From Porphyridium purpureum (taxonomy: Eukaryota), in assembly GCA_008690995.1 (NCBI GenBank), contig VRMN01000004.1:186001-250000 (forward strand): DNA of 64,000 bases. Direction: 5' to 3'. Shown one piece after another: positions 32,301-40,974 of this stretch. Each line of letters opens with the position of its first letter. Position 1 is the first letter of the stretch. Below the pieces are notes generated by a model. The model ran no database searches. It was not told where the DNA came from and saw only the letters and a list, made by a program, of their open reading frames with translations. Made by a program: the position numbers and the translations under genes.

Positions 32301-35300
32301 AGCGCGCTCCATGGCAGCGCGCTCAATGATTGAGCAGGCCATTTCTAGGTTGTCAGCGCACACAATTCCGACAGTCTGCTCGAGAAGCAACGCGTCCATA
32401 GTGGAAGGCTGCAGCAATTGGCGCAGATGATTACTCATTGAAAGTCGCAGAGGTTCCTTGGACGTAACGAGGGCAAGTGAACTCGCAAGATGCTGAACCA
32501 TGCTGTGCGCAGCTGCACGCGCTTTGCTCAGATCCGATTCATAGCAAAAATCCTTCAGCACAAGCTCACGCGTGGTGATGCATGAGATAAGACAGCTGCG
32601 TTCCACGACTGGCTGAATAATCTCTCGAACGGCGCGATCAACCGCTACTGGCAGCAGCCGCTTCAGGCCGGGCGCACTCTGAAAGAGCACAAGCGAAGCA
32701 TTCACAACGATGTGCTGCGCGAGGTTTGGAATTACTGTCACGCCCTCCGCTGAAGCTGTTGCCATCGCCGCCGCTGCGCTCGCCGCCGCCGCGTTTGCTG
32801 GCGATGCTGTTGCGGCCATGTGCATTGCCTCGGATGCAGAGAACGGAGTCGTGCTAGCCAAAGCGGCACCAAGTCCGCCGCCGCGAGCGCCTGCGGCGCC
32901 ACCCAGAGCGGACCCCTGCGCAGAAAACCCCGACAACACGTTCATTCCACGTTGCATCGTACTGCCTGGCGGCGGTGACGCACTGCGCAATTGTGCATGC
33001 TGCTGAGCAAGCATCGCCTGTCCCGATGGCTGCCCCTGCCCGCCAGCAAGCTTGTACACAAAGTCATTTCCTCCGCTGGCACCAGTTCCTTGTCCGGATG
33101 ACAGCGGTTGTTGCGACGGTGACAACGCCTGACGCGGCGCACCTGCACCTCCAAGGGGCATTTCCTTTGGCGAGTGCAATTGCTGTTGAAACGACGGCTG
33201 GTGTGGCTGTGTCTGGCCATAAAACATGCCGCCTGCAGCTCCTAAACCTTGCTGGGGCGAGCCCAGCGAGCCCGACCCGCTGCCGGCCGATCCATACATG
33301 CCTTCCAGTGTCTGCATGCCGTTGCCTCGACCACTAACGACACTGGCGCCACTTGATGGGCGGTTCTGAATGGGAGATGCGACAGGCGATGTGGCTGCGC
33401 CGGACAATGCTGATCTCTTGATGTTGAAGTCTGGATTGTCTTTCTTTGGCGGCGGCGGTGCGTCGCGAAGCAAAGTCGACTGCTTGACCTCCTTCAGGTC
33501 TACGTGAATATTCTTTGACAGCACCTCAATCTCGAACTTCAAGTTGAGCTTGAGATCCGGAATGTGGTACAATTCGCGCAGCACGGCAAGAATCGCCATC
33601 AGCCACGGATTTGGTGGTCGGAACACACGGCTATTGCGCGTTCCCTCCAAAATCTTTGCCACAAACGGTATCACTGCGATCAAGAGTGCGTTGCTGTACG
33701 CCTTGATGATGAGATCCTTGAGATTGATCGTGCGTGTCCTGATCGGTCGATTGCGCGCCAGCGTCAGAGCCCCCACCCATGCACCCAAGTTCTTCAAAAG
33801 CCCTCGCTCTGAGCTCGAAGAACGAATCTTCCCTGTGTTGGACAGCAATACGCGAACGCTTTCAAAACTCTTATCAAGAATTACATCAATAAGCTTTGAG
33901 ATCCGCGCGTCCAGACGCTCCACAAATGCAACGTACAAGCTGTGAAAATTAGGCTCGATCGAAGCACGCTTTGCCACGATGTAATGCGCCAGCCAGTCCG
34001 TGTACTCTGTTGCGCGCTCCGAGAAGAAGTCCATAAATTCCTTCTCCTTCGCCTCCAGGTTGGTATCTGAAAGATTGTTGAAGATGAAGTGCACTTTGTC
34101 CTGCTCTGCATCAGTGGGAACCGGAGGGGGCTGCCTGATTTGGGTCGGTAGTGGCGGCAGGATGGACGGATGCTGCTGCGGTGGCGGTGCTCGTGTCGCA
34201 CTGGCGACAGCCCCTACACCCTCCTTCCTATCTCCAGTGCTTCCAGATCCGCTTGATACAAATCCTGGAGGCGCATTGAGCATCGACGTGGCTCCCAAGC
34301 CGACTGCTGGTCCTGCCCCAGTGGAACCCAAGATATTAGCAGCGCTACTAGCTCCTGAAGGTCCCGCTCCGCCGGTGCCCGCATGAATGACAATGTCCTG
34401 GATTTGCAGGTACAAGTCAGGCGCATAAGTCTTGAGATGTTCAATCTGCAGCAGGTGAGTGCAGTATTGCGGCCAGCCTGGGAGACGTGAGCGAAATTGA
34501 TCAAGGGCGCACAGGCCAAATTTGAGCATCTTGCCCGGAGGCGTCTTGCGCAGAGCTTCAAGCACGTATCGCAGCGCAATACCCAGAGTAATACTGCTGA
34601 CGAGCTGGTTCTGCACGAGCACGCCAAACAGCATTCCTGTTATCCGCAACTCCTTTTCCGGGTATTTGGGGAAGAAGCGGTACTCGTCAAAAAGATTGTG
34701 TATCATGCACGCATACACTTCCTGATCACGAGGTGTCGCAGAGTCTCGCAGCCGCTTCAATAATTCTACACAGTCGGCGATGCTCAGAACTTCCGAGTAG
34801 ATACGCTGAAAATGGTAGTTTGCCTCCAAGTCAACGTCCTGCGAAAAAACTTGTGCCTGGTGTACTTGACCTGAGCCATCCGCAGCCGCAGGTGCCAGAG
34901 GTGTTTCACTCGTGTCCGTCTGTTGCAAGTGCTGCTCCGACGCCAAAGACGCCACAGTCAACCCTGCTGTCCCAGTAGTACCGACAATTCGCTGACCGTC
35001 TTTCATTTCCTTCTCTGCGAACTTATCCGCCACAAGCCCACCGCCCACGCCGGGCGCAGCAGTAGTGCCAGTCCCCGCACCCTCAGATGCAAGGCGCGGG
35101 TTCACTTGAATGCAAGCTGCATACAGATGCATGAGCTTTTCCCGCAGTTCCGGTGGCATAAGGGACACGCTTGCGTGAAGCGACTTGAAAATGACCGCAG
35201 TGGCTTCGAGCGAAAACAGCAGACCAGAGTCCGGGGTTGCGCTCTCGGTCTTCTTGGTCAAGAAAAGGACACATGCCTCCATGAAGGGTGTCCCATGATC

Positions 35301-37247
35301 AACAATACTGCCAGATATCCATTTCTCCAAGTTGAGATACTCGCGCCGCGCCGCGAGCACCGCGAGATCGAGCGCAAAGGCGTAGTACGTCTCGGCTTCT
35401 TGCGGCGATGAGGGAGCACAGCTGCGGCTCAGCACGTCCGGCAAGGACTTCAACTCGTGTACAAGATCGAGCAAACGCGGCAACGTGGCTGAGGGTTCGT
35501 TCGCATTGCGCCATAGATCGACCATGGCATCCACAACGACACCCAAGTCTAGCTTCGCCAGAGCCCGCAATACGGTAACCGCATTTGAGGCTGCTGTGAA
35601 TCCCGACTGATGTTGGTGGCCCAGGCCGCCTTGCGAATGCTGCTGGGCACCAGTACCACTGCCCAGACTAAGACTGCTTGCTACGTAAGACGGCACCAAG
35701 GCGGCAAGCAGGTGCTTTCGTAAGGCAGAGCGTATCAAACGCGACGCACAGAGTGACAGAACTAGCACCTCTGGGCAGTAGCGAAGCGGAATTTCTAATA
35801 ATTTCTGCGCTGCACCTAGCGACCCTTCCGGTGTCTCTGCCAGCATCAAAATTGTGTCCACCAGCGGCACTGCCGACCAGTTAAGCTCGTGGACTCTCTG
35901 AGTTGCGCCACTTTTGATTTGCTGATGCTGTTGGTTGCCAGGTCCCGTCATGAGATCCGCACCGCTGGTGCTGGCATCACCTGATAATCCGGTGACACTC
36001 TGGTCCAGCGACATGCTCGCCAGCTTGCCCTCGACCGCTTGCGACGTCACGCTGTCAATTGTAGAAGCGGATACACGCGGAGACACGATATCAAAAGAGA
36101 CCAATGGACGCGCACTGCTGAGGGCAATGGCCAAGAAGGAGACTTGTGCGCGCACATTTTTCCAAATCGCACCAAGCAAAGCTGGCGCTGGGAATTTTGG
36201 CACGCCGGTTGCGCGGCCAAAGGCGCGCGCAATGCGCTCCAAACCGCGAACGTCCGACAGGACAAAGCCCTCGGAATCCATTAGTGAAGCGATCACGTTC
36301 CAGTCCAAAGAACGATTACGCTCCGTCACTGCGTCCACAAATCTTTCCAGATTCCAGTCCGTGGTCATCGTTGCATTATTCGATGAAGGGCCCAACGGTG
36401 AAATCGCAGCAGCAGAAATCGACGCCGTGCCACTAGCATTGATAATGCTCGTCGTATCGTTAGAATCTTTCTGCGCGCCGCCTGTCGAACCCGATTCGGC
36501 CACGAAAGGATCATCAGATACAGCGTGCGAGAATAATTCCACGAGCATCGACTGCAAGGAAGAGTCCTCGTCAACAGAAGATGCCGTGCTAATGCGTGTG
36601 GGTGCCATGGGTGAAGCGTTTGCCATCATCCGGATGCACGCCGCGACCTTGCGCTCATCCCAAGGTTCGAATGTATCCATGAGTGCGTCCCAGCTGGTAC
36701 TCTTCCTACTCTCCCTATCGGACGTGCTGCATGAGCCGCCACTAAGACTGCCAGCGCCCAGCTCTTCAAGGACTCCAGCCGCGTCTGTCAGCTTGCGTGC
36801 AGTATGATACAAGGCCTCCTCTTTGGCTTCGTCTTCGATCACTTCTTCTGCCTCGAGAAAGAGTACCCTTGGGTTGCCCTTGCCGTCGTCCTCGTCGCTC
36901 TTGCTGCTGCTGATCTTCTCCTTTGCTGCAATACCCGAAAGCACTGCCGAAATCGACGCCGGCACCGCAACTGGGCAGTCGGCGGCCGGGCGCAGTCGCT
37001 CAGGCGCGTTTGGGCGTAACAGCCAGCTGTACAGTGAGTCGTTCACTCCAGAGCTGTACGCTACAGCCGAGTTAAATGCTCGTGCTACGCGCTTGTTCTT
37101 CGAGAGCCACGGATGCCCTGATGCCTCCTGGGAATGGCTATCAACGCCACCAGTGCTGGCGCTTGAGCGCTCAGCACGCTCCTCTTCTATTTCCTTTTCT
37201 CCGAGTGACGAATCAGACGCAATCTGCAGTGACTTCCAAGAAACCAT
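29364..37247 (-). CDS. NOT1: CCR4-NOT scaffold subunit NOT1
   Basis: 2627 aa. LAARREYLNLEKW, CMIHNLFDEYRFFPKYPEKEL, RASIEPNFH, LLLVLLHDFPEFL, NAIANQLRYPNAHTHYFS, RPHPWGLLITFIELIKNP. Confidence 0.97.
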   Translation of the reverse strand: MVSWKSLQIASDSSLGEKEIEEERAERSSASTGGVDSHSQEASGHPWLSKNKRVARAFNSAVAYSSGVNDSLYSWLLRPNAPERLRPAADCPVAVPASISAVLSGIAAKEKISSSKSDEDDGKGNPRVLFLEAEEVIEDEAKEEALYHTARKLTDAAGVLEELGAGSLSGGSCSTSDRESRKSTSWDALMDTFEPWDERKVAACIRMMANASPMAPTRISTASSVDEDSSLQSMLVELFSHAVSDDPFVAESGSTGGAQKDSNDTTSIINASGTASISAAAISPLGPSSNNATMTTDWNLERFVDAVTERNRSLDWNVIASLMDSEGFVLSDVRGLERIARAFGRATGVPKFPAPALLGAIWKNVRAQVSFLAIALSSARPLVSFDIVSPRVSASTIDSVTSQAVEGKLASMSLDQSVTGLSGDASTSGADLMTGPGNQQHQQIKSGATQRVHELNWSAVPLVDTILMLAETPEGSLGAAQKLLEIPLRYCPEVLVLSLCASRLIRSALRKHLLAALVPSYVASSLSLGSGTGAQQHSQGGLGHQHQSGFTAASNAVTVLRALAKLDLGVVVDAMVDLWRNANEPSATLPRLLDLVHELKSLPDVLSRSCAPSSPQEAETYYAFALDLAVLAARREYLNLEKWISGSIVDHGTPFMEACVLFLTKKTESATPDSGLLFSLEATAVIFKSLHASVSLMPPELREKLMHLYAACIQVNPRLASEGAGTGTTAAPGVGGGLVADKFAEKEMKDGQRIVGTTGTAGLTVASLASEQHLQQTDTSETPLAPAAADGSGQVHQAQVFSQDVDLEANYHFQRIYSEVLSIADCVELLKRLRDSATPRDQEVYACMIHNLFDEYRFFPKYPEKELRITGMLFGVLVQNQLVSSITLGIALRYVLEALRKTPPGKMLKFGLCALDQFRSRLPGWPQYCTHLLQIEHLKTYAPDLYLQIQDIVIHAGTGGAGPSGASSAANILGSTGAGPAVGLGATSMLNAPPGFVSSGSGSTGDRKEGVGAVASATRAPPPQQHPSILPPLPTQIRQPPPVPTDAEQDKVHFIFNNLSDTNLEAKEKEFMDFFSERATEYTDWLAHYIVAKRASIEPNFHSLYVAFVERLDARISKLIDVILDKSFESVRVLLSNTGKIRSSSSERGLLKNLGAWVGALTLARNRPIRTRTINLKDLIIKAYSNALLIAVIPFVAKILEGTRNSRVFRPPNPWLMAILAVLRELYHIPDLKLNLKFEIEVLSKNIHVDLKEVKQSTLLRDAPPPPKKDNPDFNIKRSALSGAATSPVASPIQNRPSSGASVVSGRGNGMQTLEGMYGSAGSGSGSLGSPQQGLGAAGGMFYGQTQPHQPSFQQQLHSPKEMPLGGAGAPRQALSPSQQPLSSGQGTGASGGNDFVYKLAGGQGQPSGQAMLAQQHAQLRSASPPPGSTMQRGMNVLSGFSAQGSALGGAAGARGGGLGAALASTTPFSASEAMHMAATASPANAAAASAAAAMATASAEGVTVIPNLAQHIVVNASLVLFQSAPGLKRLLPVAVDRAVREIIQPVVERSCLISCITTRELVLKDFCYESDLSKARAAAHSMVQHLASSLALVTSKEPLRLSMSNHLRQLLQPSTMDALLLEQTVGIVCADNLEMACSIIERAAMERAVRDIDEALLPALAALNANHGAGTEPEFLSMFRSSLRVYNDFGSTGRTQAAAAADATAAAAAAAGSVAGSQTAMSNASADGTSMPAPERQQQVHQLPTAAGDALLAERAPIPLNEVREAFDKYHSELVELITEEATRRPNVQLADLSPEHRVHATWQQIPAWVKQSVSPDEAGFMIAQKVFKFMYDNNNTSILYKQVHVAILERLRESSKRLFRELVSWLSFVEEYKKLDRDVTEALLKAGNLIKTSEFDAMIAKLMDGGRNAAALDFAAFLLNRCLLQKAYVTAAELSSVIDVFAKIVARNNSNGAASEELKLPAAPQGIGALLAQVKQHSAAVSALQQQAQAKTAAASGGFSTEDSLRYMLVQWTFMYETSRYARLVPDHVVSAYVNRGLSLLSSPTSRDSFCALAFRILRTTFSEILLASTDAGRGSGLIFSQYEESSSVPDELARVLPNMIEAARKEGGGAGGNQNRENTASGGVRDVSSPYSVIDAFSKLVSAVLRLEQNQTRGKEILYSVLSAALESVADIQNRVAELEDGKSQAGGAEESAVVVPADGQADVRPVFRLLSDLLRDLAPRMDAQIQNQGGEKGDGGLSFPHGMPFVFMFAEVLHSLQPLRMPVFAFCWVELVASRHFVPRILAMAGQGHLSTQQKREQQQHGWNLFHRLLVALLAFLAPALSSWNLSESVRTLYKGTLRLLLVLLHDFPEFLCDFHFSLCDEIPPNCIQLRNLVLSAFPRSMRLPDPFLPDLKVDRLPEMSITPRVLSNVTQVLHTGDGELKSFLDSFLKTRQPANIAQEVMVRVRRGNKVVSEPLSALTTNYHVSMINALVFYVGQFGTAQNLQQSAVGVGGGGGAAITATPAMEVFRLLALHLDPEGRYLFLNAIANQLRYPNAHTHYFSVVLLYLFSESSKEIVQEQIIRVLMERLVANRPHPWGLLITFIELIKNPGYDFWNHGFVRANAAFFENVARSCSNDASTGGQ

Positions 37248-38578
37248 CTAAAAGGAGATCGATCGATGGGGACGACTGAAGATCACCAAATCGACACAGC
37301 GATCTCCCGATCGCTGCGTTCCGGAACAAACGGGACGACTGCCCAGTTCTCTGTGCGCGGTTTGCTTTTCACACGTGTGCAAGGTGAGTGCTTGAATCTT
37401 CGCCCGGATGCTTGCATTAAAGCTACAGCAGCTCATCTGCCTGGATTCCGGACGCTACACACACACACACACGCAAACGCGCACACAGGTTCCGCCACGA
37501 CACCACCTTCTCTTCGTGGCCTCGTACGCGCTATGCAAACGCCACACAACAGACTTTCCGCTCAACAAATACCCTGCGCTGTCTCCCTCCCTGTCTCCCA
37601 GAGAACGCCAGGCCTTCTTTGTGCACTCGTGGCCCACCACGCTGCGCTCCTCAAGCCCGATTCTGCTAGAATGCAAACTCCCCACGCCGCCCCGTGCCTC
37701 ACACCTACCACAACCAACGCGAACGATCTCCTGCTAGCACAAGCCGCACGCCTCACTCTCCCCTCACTCTTCCCTAAGCTCAACAGATGCACACACGTTC
37801 AGCGCCTTTCCCTCCCTCTCCCTCTCCCTCTCCTTCTCCCCCTCCCTCTCCCTCGCCAGCCCCGCCACCTCCCTCGCTTCAAAAATCGCGCTCTTTCTTC
37901 TTGCCGCGCGTCTTATTTTCCAACCTGTTTTGTATGGTGTACCGTGCCATGTACAGCGCACGACTATTCTGCAACTTGGAACAAACATGCGAGGTACAGT
38001 GCGAGAAGGAGTCACCCATCGTGTACGGCAATTATTTGTAAACAAGCCACTTTTACTACAGGCATTCATGGGCTGGTGCTGGTGTTCTGTGTGGGTGTAC
38101 AGTATGGTGTACACGCGCGTGTGGGTTGCGCGTTCGTTTTGGCGCGGCGGCGGGGGAGGCGGGCGTTTGCGCTGTGTGGCGGTGCGAAGCGGTCATTGTG
38201 TTGCTGTGCAAGTGACTCTCAACAATGATGGCACGCGCGTTGAGCTCAGGCATGTGCGACGGATCGCTCGCGCTGGTGCTGCTGCCCTGCTAGGACTTTA
38301 TGTATCGCCCACATATAGAAACACCGATCCAAATGCCGTTGCGCTGATCGATGCGCGCGCCCATGCCTGGGTGCGGCTCGGCTCCTCTCTTGAGAAAGGC
38401 GCACACCGTACTCGTCATGACATGCAGCCGACTGCATCCACACCTTTTTTTTCTTTCAACTCTAAACCCAATCCTTTAACGAAAACATCACTTGCGAGTG
38501 AAAAAGTTCGGGTTGGTCGGCAGTCGGAATATTCAGAGATTCCGGCAGTAAAGGGGCCAGCAGAGTAGATAATGCGCC

Positions 38579-39403
38579 ATGCCAACGATCGCAGGCGCTT
38601 CTCGTGACGAGAGTGCGAGGCTTCTGGGCGAGCGCGCGGCGAGAGGCGATCGTGGCGCGCTGGATGGCACTTTCCCGGCAGAGTTCAAGTACTTTACGGT
38701 CTTTGTGCTCACCTGCATGCTAGCGTTGTGTGGCGTGGTAATATGGCGCGCGGAGCACCCTCCGAAGACGCCGACCTTCGATGAGTACATGCAGCGGGCC
38801 TTGGATTTATACAAGCAGCGCGGTGGGAAGACTTACGACCATTTGCTCCGAAATACGTGCGACACTCATGTGTACTTGCTTCGGCACGCGGATAAGGGGC
38901 GCGAACACGTGCACTTGAGTGCGCGTGGCTTTCAGCGTGCGCAGCACTTGACGCGCATCTTCTGCAGCGCGCATGACGTTGCTGCCAGGAAGGGCGAGTG
39001 CCGCTTTATTGCACCAGATGTCGTGTTTGCGCGCAAGGCGGAGTTTCCCAGGTATGTTCTGCGGTCGATCGAGACCGTCACGCCGCTTGCGCAGCAGTTG
39101 AATCTGACGGTAGAGAGCCAGTACTCCGCAATGCTACAGTGGTCGCTTGTTGTTCGTGTGCTCGGCGAAATCGCCTCATTTCAGCACTGCGGTCGCGCAG
39201 TTTTGGTCTGTTGGAAACATAGTCTGCTACCCGCCATCCAAGAACAGTTTGGATGCGGCACCAAACTGCAGAAGGCATGTGAACGCGTCACATGGCACAA
39301 GAAAGATTTCGATACTGTGCTTGACTTGCACTACGCGCACCGCGCGCCACATGGCTGGGAACTCGGCATGCAGCGCAAGCGACAACATTTCATTGATGAA
39401 TGA
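38579..39403 (+). CDS. Type II membrane histidine-phosphatase (phosphoglycerate-mutase-like) superfamily protein
   Basis: TM YFTVFVLTCMLALCGVVIW; VYLLRHADK, LSARGFQRA, RSIETVTPLA, VLVCWKH. Confidence 0.75.
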   Translation: MPTIAGASRDESARLLGERAARGDRGALDGTFPAEFKYFTVFVLTCMLALCGVVIWRAEHPPKTPTFDEYMQRALDLYKQRGGKTYDHLLRNTCDTHVYLLRHADKGREHVHLSARGFQRAQHLTRIFCSAHDVAARKGECRFIAPDVVFARKAEFPRYVLRSIETVTPLAQQLNLTVESQYSAMLQWSLVVRVLGEIASFQHCGRAVLVCWKHSLLPAIQEQFGCGTKLQKACERVTWHKKDFDTVLDLHYAHRAPHGWELGMQRKRQHFIDE

Positions 39404-39448
39404 TGAGGGCCGCGTACGAAAGGTAAACATCGAAACCAATGCAAGTAA

Positions 39449-40435
39449 ATGGCTAGCAGCGAGGAAAAGGCGCTTGGACGCAATATCGGCGGCGGAGGGA
39501 CCAAGGATGGCGCTGGGCTGCGCGTCAAATTTGCCGCGCGTAGCGATGCGATCGAGGAGCGGCTGAAAACGGACACGCGCGGACTCGTGACGCTCGACGA
39601 CTTTAAAGCCAAGCGCAAGCACATCGAACGCTCGGCCGCCGAGGAGCAAGCGAGGCGCGAGGCGTTCAAGCGATCGCGCGACGTACAAGAGAAACGGCGG
39701 CGACTGCGCCGGGCAAACACCGCGACCCTCTCGTTCGATGCTGGCGGGACGAGCTCAGAGAGTGACGATGGCTGTGAAGACCGAGAAACGCGCAACGCAG
39801 AGGAAACGCACGATCAATTAATGTCTCGAAATGGACACGCGAAGGAGCCAGAGTCAAACGCAGTGCGTGATGAATCGTACGTCGTTCGCGGACTGGGAAA
39901 AGACCCGTCAGTACCAACGAGCTTTCTCCCTGATGTGGAGCGCGAGGCTGCGGAAAGACTGGCAAGAGAGCGGCTGAGGCTTGAGTGGATGCAAGAGCAG
40001 GAGCGTATCAAAAAAGAGAATGTGCAGGTGACATACAGCTTTTGGGACGGAGCGGGACACCGGCGTACGCTCGCATGCACAAAAGGTACCACGATCGGCC
40101 GCTTCCTTGCCATGGTGCAGCACAACTTTCCACAACTGCGCGCGGCGAGCTCAGAAACGCTGATGTTTGTCAAGGAGGACTTGATCATCCCGCACCATTA
40201 TACATTCTACGACTTTATTGTATCCAATGCGCGTGGCAAGAGTGGCCCGCTGTTCGACTTTTCTGTGCAGGACGACGTCCGGTGGCTTGCGGACGCCAGT
40301 AAAGAAAAACAAGACGTGCATGCTGCCAAGGTCGTCGAGCGCCGATGGTACGAGCGGAATAAGCACATCTTCCCGGCGTCGCGATGGACTGTGTACGACC
40401 CGCTCGTTGATTACGGCAAATACTCAATACAATGA
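39449..40435 (+). CDS. XAP5: XAP5/FAM50 (XAP5 CIRCADIAN TIMEKEEPER-like) nuclear protein
   Basis: GLVTLDDF, LGKDPSVPTSFLPD, TYSFWDGAGHRR, FVKEDLIIPHHYTFYDFI, WYERNKHIFPASRW. Confidence 0.95.
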   Translation: MASSEEKALGRNIGGGGTKDGAGLRVKFAARSDAIEERLKTDTRGLVTLDDFKAKRKHIERSAAEEQARREAFKRSRDVQEKRRRLRRANTATLSFDAGGTSSESDDGCEDRETRNAEETHDQLMSRNGHAKEPESNAVRDESYVVRGLGKDPSVPTSFLPDVEREAAERLARERLRLEWMQEQERIKKENVQVTYSFWDGAGHRRTLACTKGTTIGRFLAMVQHNFPQLRAASSETLMFVKEDLIIPHHYTFYDFIVSNARGKSGPLFDFSVQDDVRWLADASKEKQDVHAAKVVERRWYERNKHIFPASRWTVYDPLVDYGKYSIQ

Positions 40436-40448
40436 ATCACCTTTCGAG

Positions 40449-40937
40449 CTACGCCTTGTCCGTTCTCCTTGACTCGGACGTTGGCGGCGAGGCCGTTTCG
40501 TTTTCTACAGGCTCCGAATACGTCCACTGATAGAAGTCTGACGCCGCGCAGACGGGACACTCGAGCTGCTTGGCGCCCTTGCAGTAGCGACATGTGATCG
40601 TTCGGCCAATCACGCCTTCGCCCTCACACACAGGGCACAAAACGACCCTCGTATTGCCACAATAAGTGCACGTGCCGGGCTCAACGGCATTCGCGGCATC
40701 GTCATCGTCTTCCGGCACTGTGCTCGTGTGAACAATCGCCGAAGTGATGACCTGCCTTCGCCGACCAGAGTCACCCCTACGCCCGACCAAAGAACACCTG
40801 TCGAACCGCGCGCTCGGTCGCAGCCTTCCAAGTGAACCGCGTGCCTCTTTGCGGCTCACTCCCGTGCTAGGTGCACGATTGTTGACTTCGCCACCGGACG
40901 TCGCAGCGCGCCAAGTCGGAATCACAAACGCCGCCAT
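40449..40937 (-). CDS. Plastid-targeted DnaJ-like zinc-finger protein (CxxCxGxG repeats, no J domain)
   Basis: MAAFVIP... transit peptide; CTYCGNTR, CPVCEGEG, CRYCKGAK, CPVC. Confidence 0.8.
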   Translation of the reverse strand: MAAFVIPTWRAATSGGEVNNRAPSTGVSRKEARGSLGRLRPSARFDRCSLVGRRGDSGRRRQVITSAIVHTSTVPEDDDDAANAVEPGTCTYCGNTRVVLCPVCEGEGVIGRTITCRYCKGAKQLECPVCAASDFYQWTYSEPVENETASPPTSESRRTDKA

Positions 40938-40974
40938 GCGAGCAAGGCCAAGGCACCGATCAGCTTCAGAAGTA

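Noticed and set aside
37266..38568. ORFs of 320 aa and 212 aa in the NOT1/phosphatase divergent gap
   Set aside because: They translate microsatellite and low-complexity leader DNA and have no protein-like features.
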